Part shown: one piece after another, positions 25,230-37,725 of the stretch | How the letters are laid out: the number at the start of each line of letters is the position of its first letter | How positions within the stretch are numbered: the first letter of the stretch is position 1 | From: Sphaerodactylus townsendi | Lineage: Eukaryota | Assembly: GCF_021028975.2 (NCBI RefSeq) | Contig: NC_059439.1 | Location: 24,056,001-24,120,000, forward strand | DNA length: 64,000 nt | Direction of reading: 5' to 3' | Notes under the pieces: generated by a model | The model's database searches: none | Told to the model about the DNA's origin: nothing | Seen by the model: the letters and a program-made list of their open reading frames with translations, nothing else | Position numbers and translations under genes: made by a program

Positions 25230-26066
25230 TTCATTTTAATTTCCAAAATTCTATCCTAGTGTGTCAGTTGCAGTTTATTCCACCTTGAAAGGTCCTTTTT
25301 AACTTCCTTCCATCTTTTGACCTAATTACTTTGAAGTAACTTGCTATTCTGAAAAGACCCCTCCCAGGTATTTCACCTGTTTTTCAACCTTGAGTCCTGT
25401 TTTACTCATCAGTTTTTGTCATCCTTATATTTTTAGTTAAGACCTTTGTTTTCTATTTATTAATTTTCAACCCTGCCTAGGCACCAAACTCTCTCAGTTT
25501 GTTCAGCTGCTATAGCAGGGCTTTCCAATATCACTAGCAGATTGTCAGCAAATGCTCTTAGTTTGTATATCTCCTTTTTTAATTTTAATCCCTTCAATCC
25601 TGTCATCAACTCTTATCTTTTTATTTAATACTTCCAAGACAAGTATAAACAAGGCAGGAGAAAGTGGAAGTCCTTTTGTGGCTTCCCTTTGTATCTCACA
25701 TGGTTTGGTTAAGTCTCCATTAACCATTATTTGTGCAGTTTGTAATGTATATATTGATTTCACCCATTTTACAAAATTCTGATCAAAGCCCATATTATCC
25801 AGTACCTCGAATAAAATGATCAAAGCAGCTCGTTTTTATTATGTTTTTTTATAGTATTCCCTTACATCTAATCTGTTTCTAACATTGTCCTTCAATTGTT
25901 CTTTAGGCAGGAAACCACATTGATCTTGATGAATAATTTCCTGTAGCACTGTTTTCAATCTATCTACTAAAATTGTATTAAAAATCTTATGGTCATTATT
26001 CAATAACAGAATTGGTTTGTAGTTCTCTGCCAAAGAATCATCTTGATTCTCTTCAGGCATTAAAGT
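25230..26066 (-). mobile_element. L1/Tx1-like LINE RT fragment, degenerate
   Basis: YKPILLLNNDHKI, HQDQCGFLP, GLPLSPALFILVLEVL. Confidence 0.8.
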
Positions 26067-26069
26067 TAA

Positions 26070-26325
26070 GAACATAAGAACATAAGAACAAGCCAGCTGG
26101 ATCAGACCAAAGTCCATCTAGTCCAGCTCTCTGCTACTCGCAGTGGCCCACCAGGTGCCTTGGGGAGCTCACATGTAGGATGTGAACGCAATGGCCTTTT
26201 GCGGCTGTTGTTTCCGATCACCTGGTCTGTTGAGGGATTTGCAATCTCAGATCAAGGAGGATCAAGATTGGTAGCCATAAATCGACTTTTCCTACATAAA
26301 TCTGTCCAAGCCCCTTTTAAAGCTA
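26070..26325 (-). mobile_element. CR1 3' UTR fragment nested in an L1-like element
   Basis: (CATAAGAA)n tail; reverse complement of ~40920-41180. Confidence 0.85.
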
Positions 26326-26489
26326 AGCCCCTTTTAAAGCCCCTTTTTAAAGTTATGTGGATAAAGTTTATAGTCTTCTGTAAAAAAAAATCTAAGATTT
26401 AACAATGCAACAGCAGTCTTAGTACTTCTATAGCTTAGTGGCATTAATTTTACCAACAAAAGAATTTTTGTGTGCCATGCAAACTCTAA

Positions 26490-26630
26490 GGCCCCTTCCG
26501 CACACACAAAATAATGCGTTTTCAAACCACTTTCACAACTGTTTGCAAGTGGATTTTGCCATTCCGCACAGCTTCAAAGAGCACTGAAAGCAGTTTGAAA
26601 GTGCATTATTCTGCATGTGCGGAATGAGCC
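26490..26630. mobile_element. 141-bp Harbinger-type MITE, 16 nt upstream of gene D exon 2
   Basis: TSD taa/taa; empty site in paralogues E and F. Confidence 0.88.
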
Positions 26631-26646
26631 TAAATCTTTATTGTAG

Positions 26647-26938
26647 GTTCATACGTCAGAATTACCAGCACATAATGGCTTTGGCATTTGCTGTCAAGGA
26701 GATCAATGAAAATCCACAGATCTTGCAAAATCTCACCCTGGGGTTCCATATCTATGACAGCTACCTGAATCCAAGATTGACGTATCGTGCTGCTCTGCAA
26801 CATATTTCCCCAAGGAAAAGGTTTGTCCCCAACTACAGGTGTGATCTTCAGGACAACGTGCAAGCAGTTCTTGTGGACATTAATTCAGATAATTCACAAA
26901 TTGTCCATAATCTTTTGAGCATCTACAAGATTCCACAG
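26647..26938 (+). CDS. V2R gene D exon 2
   Basis: ttgtag|G ... CAG|gtaag; 292 bp open. Confidence 0.92.
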
Positions 26939-27069
26939 GTAAGCAATTGGTGTGGAATACATAGGTTTGCCAAGTATTTACCTGCAGCACTACAAACCAG
27001 ATTAACAGCCCAAGCTGGATGGGGCTGGCAGCCAGGGACAGCGCTTCTCCTGTGCCACCCTGCCCCTCA

Positions 27070-27418
27070 CATAAGAACATAAGAACAAGCCAGCTGGATT
27101 AGAACAGAGTCCATCTAAGTTCAGCTCTCTGCTATTCACAGTGGCCCACCAGGTGCCTTTGGGAGCTCACAGGCAGGATGTGAAAGCAATGGCCTTAAGA
27201 ACATAAGAACAAGCCAGCTGGATCAGACCAGAGTCCATCTAGTCCAGCACTCTGCTACTCGCAGTGGCCCACCAGGTGCCTTTGGGAGCTCACAGGCAGG
27301 ATGTGAAAGCAATGGCCTTAAGAACATAAGAACAAGCCAGCTGGATCAGACCAGAGTCCATCTAAGTTCAGCTCTCTGCTACTCGCAGTGGCCCACCAGG
27401 TGCCTTTGGGAGCTCACC
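27070..27418 (-). repeat. Tandem triplication of the CR1 3'-terminal ~123 bp
   Basis: Three units, each starting taagaacataagaacaagccagctgga. Confidence 0.9.
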
Positions 27419-29610
27419 CTTTCAAATGGTTTTCCTGCAACACAAGGCCCAAAAGGTTTTTTTACAAAAAACTTACTTGAAATTCCCCCATAGGAGAAAG
27501 TAGAGAAACGCAGCAGAAAACATGATGTACCTCTGGTAAAAGGGGACTGAACGGATGGTGGAAGCCATGTAAGGTTGGCTCCACCAGTGGGAACGCCCTC
27601 ACCACACCTTGCCACACCGGCTTAGCTTCGGGTAGCATGGGAGAACTGATGGAGAATTGGGTGCCATGGCTGGGCATCCCAGGGCCTCAGAGAAGCTGGG
27701 CACCAATGGGTTTGGCTCTCCGGATTGTGCTGCCCATAATGGTCTGATTTAATCTGTTTTGTTTGACAAAAAAAAGATAGTGTAAGCATTTCTTTACATA
27801 TTCTTTGCTGCTTTTATACTTCTCCGTGTTAATATTCATGTCTGAGGAATTCTGGGTGGATGTTCTGAAGAGAATCTTATTTTCTTTTCAAAAAAATGCC
27901 TTAAATTCATGATTAAAATTACTTACAAGCAGTATGCAGTTTATATGACAATATGTACATTTCTGGAGTGAGTAAACAGCTTTCGATGGTTGATTCCTAC
28001 ACTCATAGCCTACTCTGGTTTGAACCATATAACATTGCTGAATAACAGTTCCATTGTGCATCAATGAGGCTAAAGTTGACTTGGTTCCCTTCAGTGGGGG
28101 GCGATTCCAGGCTGTCTGCACAGCAACTGAGTTGGCCCCCTGGAACCAAGCTAAGTGGGCGGGATCATCTTGGTGCCTGTTTCGCTCTTCAATCGTGATT
28201 GGCACTTGTGTTATGGTGGGAAACGGGAGCGTTCTTTTCTTTTTTTACAGCTTTTACAGTTTACAGTTTACAGTTACATGCACTTTCTGCCCGCCACGAC
28301 TCTCCCGTTCTGCGCATGCCACAAAAGCGGCTCGTGATTGGTTGAACAGATGAGGTGTCATTTCAATGCGTCCGCACTTCAAAGCTTCGAAGTGGTATCG
28401 ACCTTGTTCCAGCAGAAAGGGGCAGTTCATAGCTGCGACAGGGATGTCGCAGTTCTGAGGGGGGGGGGGACTGAGACAAAACAACGTTGAGCTCGGTAGC
28501 AGTGGGAATTCACTGAGGCGAACCTAAGTAGAAATCAGTACAACTCTGTCAGTACGGAAAGCCCCAGTGTCAGATATTTTCCATTGATTAGAAAATACAG
28601 TTTGGGGAGAAAATACAGTCTTGTCACATACTCCAGTTATCTCAGAAATAGCATCATGTCCCAGGATAAGCTCCCATATAATTAAACCAAGCCATGAACC
28701 ACAACTTTAATGAGTGGTGGGATTCAAACAGTGGCGTAGCGCCAATGGGGCTGGGCGGGGCACGACGGGGGCGTGGCCGGGCATTATGGGGGTGGGGCAT
28801 TAATAATTTCTCTGTTACTGTAAAACACCTTCACTGAATGGCCAGTTGCACAGACTCTGCAAAAGCACAAAATGGCGGTTGTGAGGATAGGTCTCCTCCC
28901 CTCCCCCTCTTCCGACAGAAAGCAAAAAATGATTTGACCCAATTTTGGCCAAAAAAAAATCGCTAATTTAGTTTTATCTGAAAAAAACTGGGTTGAGCAG
29001 AAATAAAACATCCTGAGGGCATTTTATGGAAACAGTTGTGAAGAGTGTTTCCTTAAAATGCTTCCCCCCCCCCCCGTGGTGGGATTCAAATAATTTAACA
29101 ACTGGTTCCGGTAGTGGGATTCAAATAATTTAACAACTGGTTGCATACAAGCACCATTTTAACAAACGGTTCTGCTGAAGTGGTGTGAACCGGCTGAACC
29201 CCACCACTGTGTCCCCCCCCCCATTCTCAGAACATTTTATTGAAAGGGCCATATAGAAAGAACTGTGAGTTTAGCCTTATTCTGTTAATGTTGAGATAAA
29301 TTATTGTTCATTTATGGCTTGAAGAAAAGCTACCTCCACTTTTGCCACTAATCTCACCAAAACATTTAATTTAAAAAGTAATATATTAAGGTAATATGAA
29401 TTGGTTCTTATAGCTTAATGTATTTTCATTGGATTTTGGGTTTGACAAGGTCAGCCAATGACTAGCTACTCTCAATGTTATTTATTTTTGTATCAGATTA
29501 TGTTCCTATATACTTCTTATGGCCCTCATTCCTATATACTTCTTATGGTCCTCATTAAATATATCATTGCACACCCATGCACCTCTCTCATTTTGAAAAT
29601 GTATCTTTAG

Positions 29611-30459
29611 ATCTTGTATGGTCGTACTCCCATGATGATGGATAACACACTGCTCCCATTCTTGTATAATATGGTCCCAAATGAAACCCAGCAGTACTTG
29701 GGAATTCTCCAATTGCTTCTGCATTTCAACTGGACATGGATTGGATTCTTCACTCTGATTGGTGTGAATTTAGAATGGTTCATGCAGAGGATGTTCCCCA
29801 TCTTTTCCCAGCATGGCATCTGTTTTGCCTTCATGCATTCACAGTCCAGTATTGAAGGCAATGATTACATGGAAGGCTATCTGAAAAGCTTTTCAAAACT
29901 GTATGAAAAAATGATGGGGAGTGACTCCAACATAATTATCTTCAATGGACAATCTCGTAGCTTTATGGTTGCCAGTGGTTTGATAGAATTAACACACACT
30001 AAATATATGGTACCAAAACCAAAAGGTAAAGTCTGGATTGTAACAGCTCACATGGAATTAAAAACCTATGACAACCCTATAGGCTGTGATGTGCAAACAT
30101 TCCACGGCATGATATCAGTTGCAATTCACTCCAGTGAACTTCAGGGATTCCAAGAATTTTTTAAGAGCAGAAAGCCGTCCAGTGCGGAGGGAGATGTGTT
30201 TCTTAAGGACTTCTGGTCATACACATTTCATTGTGCGTTACCAAATTCGGTTCTGGGCAATGTGCATCAGGCTAATTGCACAGGAGATGAGACCCTGAAG
30301 GACCTTCCTGCATTTGAAGTGAGCATGACTGGCCACAGCTACAGCATCTACAATGCGGTCTATGTTGTTGCTTACGCTTTGCAAGCTATGCATTCTTCAA
30401 AAGTTGGAGCAAAGATGCAAGGAGAGAGAAAGAAGCTGCCAAATCAGCAACCTTGGCAG
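29611..30459 (+). CDS. V2R gene D exon 3
   Basis: ctttag|ATC ... CAG|gtaat; 849 bp open. Confidence 0.93.
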
Positions 30460-30988
30460 GTAATCTGGAGTATTTTTAAAACAAGTGATCCATCACTTAC
30501 CTGAAGCAACTTTATTACATGCATAATGTAGGAGATGTACACTTTACAGCAGTGCCATTGGGAGTAACATAGGTGCCTCCAGTGTGAGAGTGGATGTGAC
30601 AGGCAAACTAGATGCTACAGCAGAGAACATTTATAAATGTATAACAAGCTGTAGTTGTGTTAAAGGAACCCATTTTCCCGTTCACATATGTTCCGTGCAG
30701 ACAGTGACTGGAACCTACAGAAACAATCCAGGCAAATAATGCACTTCTTGTCCGGCTGTTCGCTCGGGAATGGCTCCAATCTGTGATTCTTCCAAAGGAT
30801 CATTTGTTTAGCAATTTTCCAAAAAAAAACCAGGTTTGGGGAAATAACATGGGGGAGACTCATTTGGGAGAGGGGACTGTGTGAAGCCCCTCCCCCCAAA
30901 AACCAAGTTCTATATCATCCTACACCTGTGTTTCTTGGCCTGTGCGGAAGGGGTCCAAGATACCTCATCACATATATTGGAGATAGCA

Positions 30989-32199
30989 AGTCAAAAATGT
31001 AAACTACCTGGGCATTCGCTTCCAGTTTAACCTAAAATGGACCGCCCACTATAATCACATCTTATCTACTGCCAACCAGAGCGCTGCAGCAATAAGACAT
31101 TTTTTCTACACCCAAGGCAGCCAATGTGCTCCAGCAGTGGTAAGAGCCTTCCGAGGTAGATTGATGTCTCAGGTGTTATATGGCGCTCCTATCTGGCTAA
31201 ACAGCATGCTAAAGCCTCTCCAAAAAATACAATCAAGCTTTCTACGTAAGCTTCTCAGAATATCTAATAGCGTGTCATACTGTTCTTTGAGTGCGGAAAC
31301 AGGCTCAACTCTACTCGAGACACAAATTGGGCTACATTCATTAAGATATTGGGCACGCTTGCATTTTCGCTCTAAACCGGACAGTTTAACCTAACGTATG
31401 CTCTCTGATCCATTTCTCTCTTCCTGGAGCTCCCAGATCACATCCAAAATAGATTCACTGTGCTTCGTACTGGATTGTTTTTAACAACATGGATGAAAAA
31501 CAAACTGTTAGCCTTTTGTCACAAAGGCTAATTGATATGGAAATACAGATACTATCTCCCCACCATAGGAAAGACATTTTACCTGAGGGGTCCATCAGCA
31601 TTTTTCTTCACCTTATCTGAGACGTATTTTAATGTTAGCTCAACTGAATGTGCTCCCTTCGGCTGTTCTGAGCGGCAGGTATCAAAGGATTCCGTATCAT
31701 AAAAGAACCTGCCCCTGCCCACGGAAAGCCATCGAATCAGTCGATCATGTCCTACTAGACCAGGGGTAGGGAACCTGCAGCTCTCCAGATGTTCAGGAAC
31801 TACAATTCCCATCAGCCCCTACCAGCATGGCCAATTGGCCATGCTGACAGAGGCTGATGGGAATTGTAGTTCCTGAACATCCGGAGAGCCGCAGGTTCCC
31901 TACCCCTGTACTAGACTGTGATATTTATGCCTCTCTCAAAAGTCAGTATATCGATCCCCATATCCAGAACCGTGTCCTACTCGGCCAAGGCAAAGACCTT
32001 CTATTTGCTCTGTGACCAATTCCCCCAGAGATCTTTGGACATAGCAAATGTTTTGGCACAGGCCCAGCAGATTCGATCCACGCTCTCTCCAACTATCCTT
32101 TAATCAACAATCCTGATACAATGGCTGAACATATTTTATTTTTTTCTTATTTTTCTAACTTTTGTATTTATGCCAATAAAAGGTGGTGATGATGATGAT
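30989..32199 (+). mobile_element. Degenerate non-LTR element of the same type
   Basis: YLGI, LYGAPIW remnants; aataaa plus (GAT)n tail; candidate TSD gatagca. Confidence 0.65.
31761..31908. mobile_element. hAT (Charlie-like) palindromic MITE
   Basis: CAGGGGTAGGGAACCTGC TIR, 8-bp TSD tactagac; nested in a LINE. Confidence 0.9.
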
Positions 32200-32671
32200 G
32201 ATAGCAGTTTCTTTATGATTTATTTAAATTTCTAGTCCTGAAGCGGAGTGACATAATTTACTAGGGATATTTTTCCTACTTCCACCTTCGGCTGTAAAGT
32301 GGGGAGGAGGCTATAGGATTCTTTCTTCTTGGAAAGAATCTGTCATCCTTTCATCTCATGCCTAACCATGCTTTAAATTTCCTCTTAATTTCCTGGATCT
32401 TGGGTAACAGGAAATGAGACCTGTAATTAGGATATTAATTTCCTTCAGTGTCATCTGACAAAAATGTTCCAAATCCAATAGAAATACAAGGCTGGTCACC
32501 AAGAAGACGTAAATCTTCATACTCAAATTGAAAAATAATAAAATAGCCCATTAAAAACTCCACTGAACCCATCATTCTCACTGGTGAATGTAGACATAGG
32601 AGGTGGTGGTGTTCATTGTTATTGGGTTGTTTTTTTTTAGCTGCAGACTTCTATTTCATTTTTCAATGTAG

Positions 32672-32899
32672 CTCCATCACTTTCTTCGACGCGTCTCATT
32701 CAACAACAGTGCAGGAGACCGGATTTCCTTTGACCACAATGGAGAACTGATAGCAGATTTGGATATTATCAGCTGGTTAACATTTCCCAACCAGTCTTTT
32801 GTTCGAGTGAAAGTTGGCCGGATTCCTCCCCAGGCACATTCAGCACAAAAACCTTGGATAGACGAAGAATCCATGGTTTGGCCCACCCGATTTAACCAG
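32672..32899 (+). CDS. V2R gene D exon 4
   Basis: tgtag|CTC ... CAG|gtagg; 228 bp open, LHHFLRRVSFNNSAGD. Confidence 0.93.
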
Positions 32900-33147
32900 G
32901 TAGGATGGAGAAACAGCCTTTTTAGCAAATATGGTGCAGTGGAATGAAGGATTGTGTATGTATGTATGTGTGTATGTGTGTGCGCACATTCAGGAAGGTT
33001 CTCTCATCATTCCTTGGAAACTAGCAGTGGCTGGGGGCTCTCTTTATCCTTAGGAATTTCAAGCTAGGGGTGTGGATTCAGTAAAATCAAAAAGGAGGGG
33101 AGAAAAGTTAAAAACCCTCACCTTGTCTGTCTTGGAAGGGAAGGGGG

Positions 33148-33248
33148 CAGTGGTGGGATTCAAATAATTTAACAACTGGTTGTTTACAAGCACCATTTTA
33201 ACAACTGGTTCTGCTGAAGTGGTGCAAACTGGCTGAATCCCACCACTG
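33148..33248. mobile_element. hAT MITE (CAGTGGTGGGATTCA TIR)
   Basis: 8-bp TSD gaaggggg; related composite copy at ~28712-29209. Confidence 0.85.
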
Positions 33249-33262
33249 GAAGGGGGGTTATT

Positions 33263-33556
33263 GAAGAAGAGTTTGGATTTATATCCCCCTTTCTCTCCTG
33301 CAGGAGACTCAAAGGGGCTTACAATCTCCTTGCCCTTCCCCCCTCACAACAAACACCCTGTGAGGTAGGTGGGACTGAGAGCTCCGAGAAGCTGTGACTA
33401 GCCCAAGGTCACCCAGCTGGCGTGTGTGGGAGTGTACAGGCTAATCTGAATTCCCCAGATAAGCCTCCACAGCTCAGGCGGCAGAGCAGGGAATCAAACC
33501 TGGTTCCTCCAGATTAGATACACAAGCTCTTAACCTCCTACACCACTGCTGCTCCC
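33263..33556 (-). mobile_element. tRNA-derived SINE (Squam3-like)
   Basis: Reverse complement of the 2362 element; ~41-bp junction duplication follows it. Confidence 0.85.
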
Positions 33557-34608
33557 TACCTATTTCCCAATTAACCTCCTACGCCACTGCTGCTCCCTAC
33601 CTATTGCCCAATTAAGGCAACAATACAAGGGACTGCATAACAGATCCTGAAAAATGCTGATAGTTTTCAGGGCTCATTTGACCTGCCATCTGAAAAATAA
33701 AATAAAAAAGGAAACCCATTTGTCCACTTCCTCCTTTACCTCCAGCCTGGTCATGTCCAGCACTGAATTGGCATACTACCTCCAAAGTCAGCATGAAGTT
33801 CAGGGGTGGTGCATGCACTTTAACACTGGACTCAGCCTGGCCAGCCCAGTGCTCAACTGTGTGCCACCTACCTTCTAATTGCCTTCATGAGTCTCAGAGA
33901 CAGCAGGTACCCTGTGTCCATCAGCTCTCTGTGGCCTGAGTCCTCCCAGAACAACATCAAGTTTGGAAACAGGCATTTTTTTTAATTTGGGCATAATAAC
34001 CAGGAAAAAAATAAACATCAGTGTGATGGAATAATACTGTAAAACCTAGCAGCATCTAACAGCATCACACCTACATGGTAAAAAGGGTCTTTGATCAAAT
34101 GGTCTTTGATCCACCGAATGGGGAAACCATGGAAATGTACCCAGGACAGGAAGATGCCCAAATAAGGCACTTCAAAGGTTTTGGAAACCTCATGGCAAGG
34201 GGGAAAAGTTTTCTTGGAGAGTAAGGGAACAAAGCCTAGGTGACTCTATCATGGGCTAAGCTAAGAGAAGCACCTCTTGGCTGGAGGTCCCAAGAGATCC
34301 ACAAGAAGCATTCAGCTGGCCAATTTCTCTAAACGCATTTATGTTTTGTTTCTTTGTTTTGAACTTTTACAATAAATCTTTGAGAAATCAGCTGGTTGGA
34401 GTTATTGGAGAAAAGGACCCAGGTCTTTACTGAAATAAGCATTGGCTCTCCCAGGCTTGCTTTCATCATAATCAGCTTTTTTTCAGGTTTTGTCAAAACT
34501 TTCTGGGTCTATTACACCCAAACCTGAAAAATACAGAGAATGGAAAATGTGTACACCCCAATTTCAAGCCACTGCTCCAAGATAAATGCTCTGTTCTCTT
34601 GGTTTTAG

Positions 34609-34735
34609 GTACGACCCCTGTCTTTATGCAGTGAGAATTGCAATCCTGGGTATAGGATGACAAAGCGAGAAGGAGAGCCGTTCTGCTGTTATGATTGCAT
34701 CCAATGTCCGGAAGGGACCATCTCTGTTCATCAAG
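34609..34735 (+). CDS. V2R gene D exon 5
   Basis: tttag|GTA ... G|gtaag; 127 bp; SLCSENCNPGY...EPFCCYDCIQCPEG. Confidence 0.92.
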
Positions 34736-34957
34736 GTAAGAGATTACAGTACAGAGTCATCAGATGTTAGAGAAATGTGCCTGAAAGATAAAGCAAGATG
34801 TAAAAGACAGCAAGGACTCAAGTTTGGGACGACAAGATAAAAAGAAACTGAAAGCTGGCAGCAAACATCGTATGCCCATATCAATGAAAACACACATTCA
34901 CATACCCACTTCATATTCCAACATTGTTTCAAGGTAAAAAACACACACACTCACATT

Positions 34958-35506
34958 GGCCCCTTCCGCACGGGCCATAAACGGCACCATGGGGACGGCA
35001 AAAACGCCGTCCCCAGGGAGCCGTTCACACAGGCAGCGCTGCCAAAATGCAGCAGCGCTGACCTGGCTCACCTCCCCCTCCCCCAGGGCAGCGTCAGGCC
35101 ATCTCCAAAAACCTCCCTCCTGGAGGGAGGTTTTTGGAACAACACCGCATTCCCGGTAGCGCGGTACGAACGGCACCGCCGGGAATGTGCTGTTTTCCCC
35201 GTCCGTCTCCCACACACCTCGTCACCGCCGTCGCCCTGCTGGCCTCCTAGGACCCTCCCTCGCTGCCCTCCGACTTCCAGGGGTTGGAGGACAGCGAGGG
35301 AGGGTCTTAGGAGGCCAGCAGGGCGACGACGGCAACGAGGTGAGTGGGAGATGGACGGGGAAGAGGCGGCTCCATGTGGAGCCCCCTCTCCTGTGCCGGC
35401 CTCTGCGGGGGCCGCTCGCACGCTCTTGTGCGGATGGCCCCCACCCCCTCCACCGGCAGAATTCCTGCCGGTGGGGAAGCGCTTGAAGGCCCGTGCGGAA
35501 AGGGCC
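34958..35506. mobile_element. GC-rich Harbinger-like element in gene D intron 5
   Basis: 19-bp TIR (18/19 match), TSD att/att, two internal inverted repeats. Confidence 0.85.
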
Positions 35507-35860
35507 ATTTACACAGCAATGTACCATAACCCTCTGATATATATGGCAGGAACACGTACAGTGTGCTGATAGTCATGGAAAAGTCAAGTGAAAATATGCA
35601 TTAAAATACCAGTTTGCAATCCTTTTGTAAACACATTGAAGTATCCGAGAGCAATTTTTATAAGTTTGACAATCCTTCTTACTATTTTAAATCAACTGGG
35701 AATCTTACTAGAATCTATTAGATGTTAGTTATGTGAAATGAAGTTCCTTAGCATTTAAAAAAAAAATTCAATTGAGTTACATCTTTTCTAAAGTTAGTTC
35801 ACAAGCGAATGAACCAAAAGGGCAGTTTGTGTGACTTAAAACACCCTCTTCCTTTTGCAG

Positions 35861-36762
35861 ACATGCCAGACTGTTCCAAATGCTCAGTTGGTTATTTTCC
35901 AAACAAGAAGCAGAACTACTGTATTCCCAAGATTGTAAGCTTCTTGACTTATGAAGAACCTTTTGGAGCTGGCTTTCTTCTTGTTGCTCTGACTCTGTCT
36001 TTGATCACATTCTTGGTACTTGGAATATTTATAAAGCACCATAACACCCCCATAGTGAAAGCCAACAACCATAATCTGACGTACACTCTTCTCAACTCGC
36101 TTCTGCTCTGCTTCCTCTGTGCCTTGCTATTCATTGGCAAACCTGGGAAGATAATGTGTCTTCTTCGCCAAACTGCCTTTGGCATCATTTTCTCCATTGC
36201 ACTTTCTTCCGTGTTAGCAAAAACAATCACAGTAATTGTGGCTTTCATGGCCACCAAACCTGGAAGCCGGATGAGGAAATGGGTGGGGAAAAGGCTATCT
36301 GTTTCCATTGTTCTTTCCTGCTGTTGGATTCAAGTAGGTATTTGTATCATTTGGCTACTAAATTTTCCCCCTTTCCCAGATGTTGACATGCATTCAATGA
36401 CAGAAGAAGTTGTATTGGAATGTAATGATGCCTCTCCTACCATGTTTTATTGTGTCTTGGGCTATATGGGCCTCCTGGCTAGCGTGAGCTTCCTAGTGGC
36501 TTTCATTGCAAGGAAGTTACCCAACAGTTTCAATGAAGCCAAGTTCATAACTTTCAGCATGCTGATCTTTTGCACCGTTTGGTTATCCTTTGTTCCAGCC
36601 TACCTGAGTATCAAAGGGAAATTTGTGGTGGCTGTTGAGATCTTCTCTATCTTAGCCTCCAGTGCTGGCTTACTGGGCTGTATCTTTTTTCCCAAATGCT
36701 ACATTATTCTATTTAGATCTGAGTTGAATAACAGAGAACAGCTAAGAAGGAAAAATCAGTGA
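35861..36762 (+). CDS. V2R gene D exon 6 (7TM); gene D intact, 871 aa
   Basis: ttttgcag|AC ATG; 902 bp open to TGA. Confidence 0.95.
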
Positions 36763-37725
36763 AGTAATTGTAACCACTTAAATAAATGTACTACATGATA
36801 CTTTCACAACAATGAAGTGATTTCACGGAAGAGTAAATATTTACCCTTTCTACCAACACTATCTGCCATGAGCCAGCCTTCAGGAGATGAGGAATGAGAC
36901 ACAGAAGAAAGCATGGATCAACAACTGGCTCTTTAAGTAGAAATGGAAGCAAGAGATCCATCCCCGAGTCTGTTCCTACAAGCCCAGGAAGAGTCAGCCA
37001 CAGAGTCTGATGCAATGCAGGTGGTAGAGCCATCAGAAGCTTCAGACAAGCTAATCATTGAGCCAGCTGCACAAAGGAGGCAAAGGACTGCAGTGAAATA
37101 GTAAAAAGAGAAGCACCCAAAATTGTAGCTTGACATGGCAGAAGGTTCTGTGAACTGTAAACACCAGCATAAGAGGAGGACTGAATCTTTCCAGGATTCT
37201 GGCCTTGTTGGCAAGCATGTCTTATATAAGCCTTGTCTATGCTTGGCTCTGTCTAGGTACAATGAGCGTGCTTCACATGGAAGCTCCACGCACCCAGTTC
37301 CTGGAAGAATTGGCAGAGACATTTGTTAGAGCTCCAACTTCTCAGAAATACAACCCCAGAGATGACACTTATCGTCATGAAGGGAGCGTGGTCAGGGATG
37401 CCTTGTCACAATTTCTTTTCAGGTGTAAGCCCAGATAGCAAAAGGGGGGGGGAGGGTTGCAGAAGTTGTTGGTATGAGATAGAACACTTTTGCTGTGTGA
37501 AGGCATGCTGTGGAGTTTTCACTTTGCAATTCTTGTGATTTTTTTTCCCCAAAAGTATTTTGCACTAGGTTGTGGTTGTGAACTTTTTTCTATGAAGATT
37601 ATGAAATAAAGGCATTAGTTTTATAAAAAACCATGTGTTTTATTGTCACACCATTCTTCATGCATGGGTGGGTGGGGGAAAAAGGGTTCTGATCACAGCT
37701 CCTAGTATTAAGCACTTAATGTATT

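Larger units (their letters stand above)
33065..34561. mobile_element. Old hAT-like element in gene D intron 4 (contains a nested MITE and SINE)
   Basis: taggggtgt ... acaccccaa ends, 8-bp TSD tttcaagc; homologous right end in gene E intron 4. Confidence 0.6.

Noticed and set aside
27070-27418. CRISPR-like repeat array
   Set aside because: Units are contiguous copies of the CR1 3' end with no unique spacers; vertebrate DNA with no cas genes
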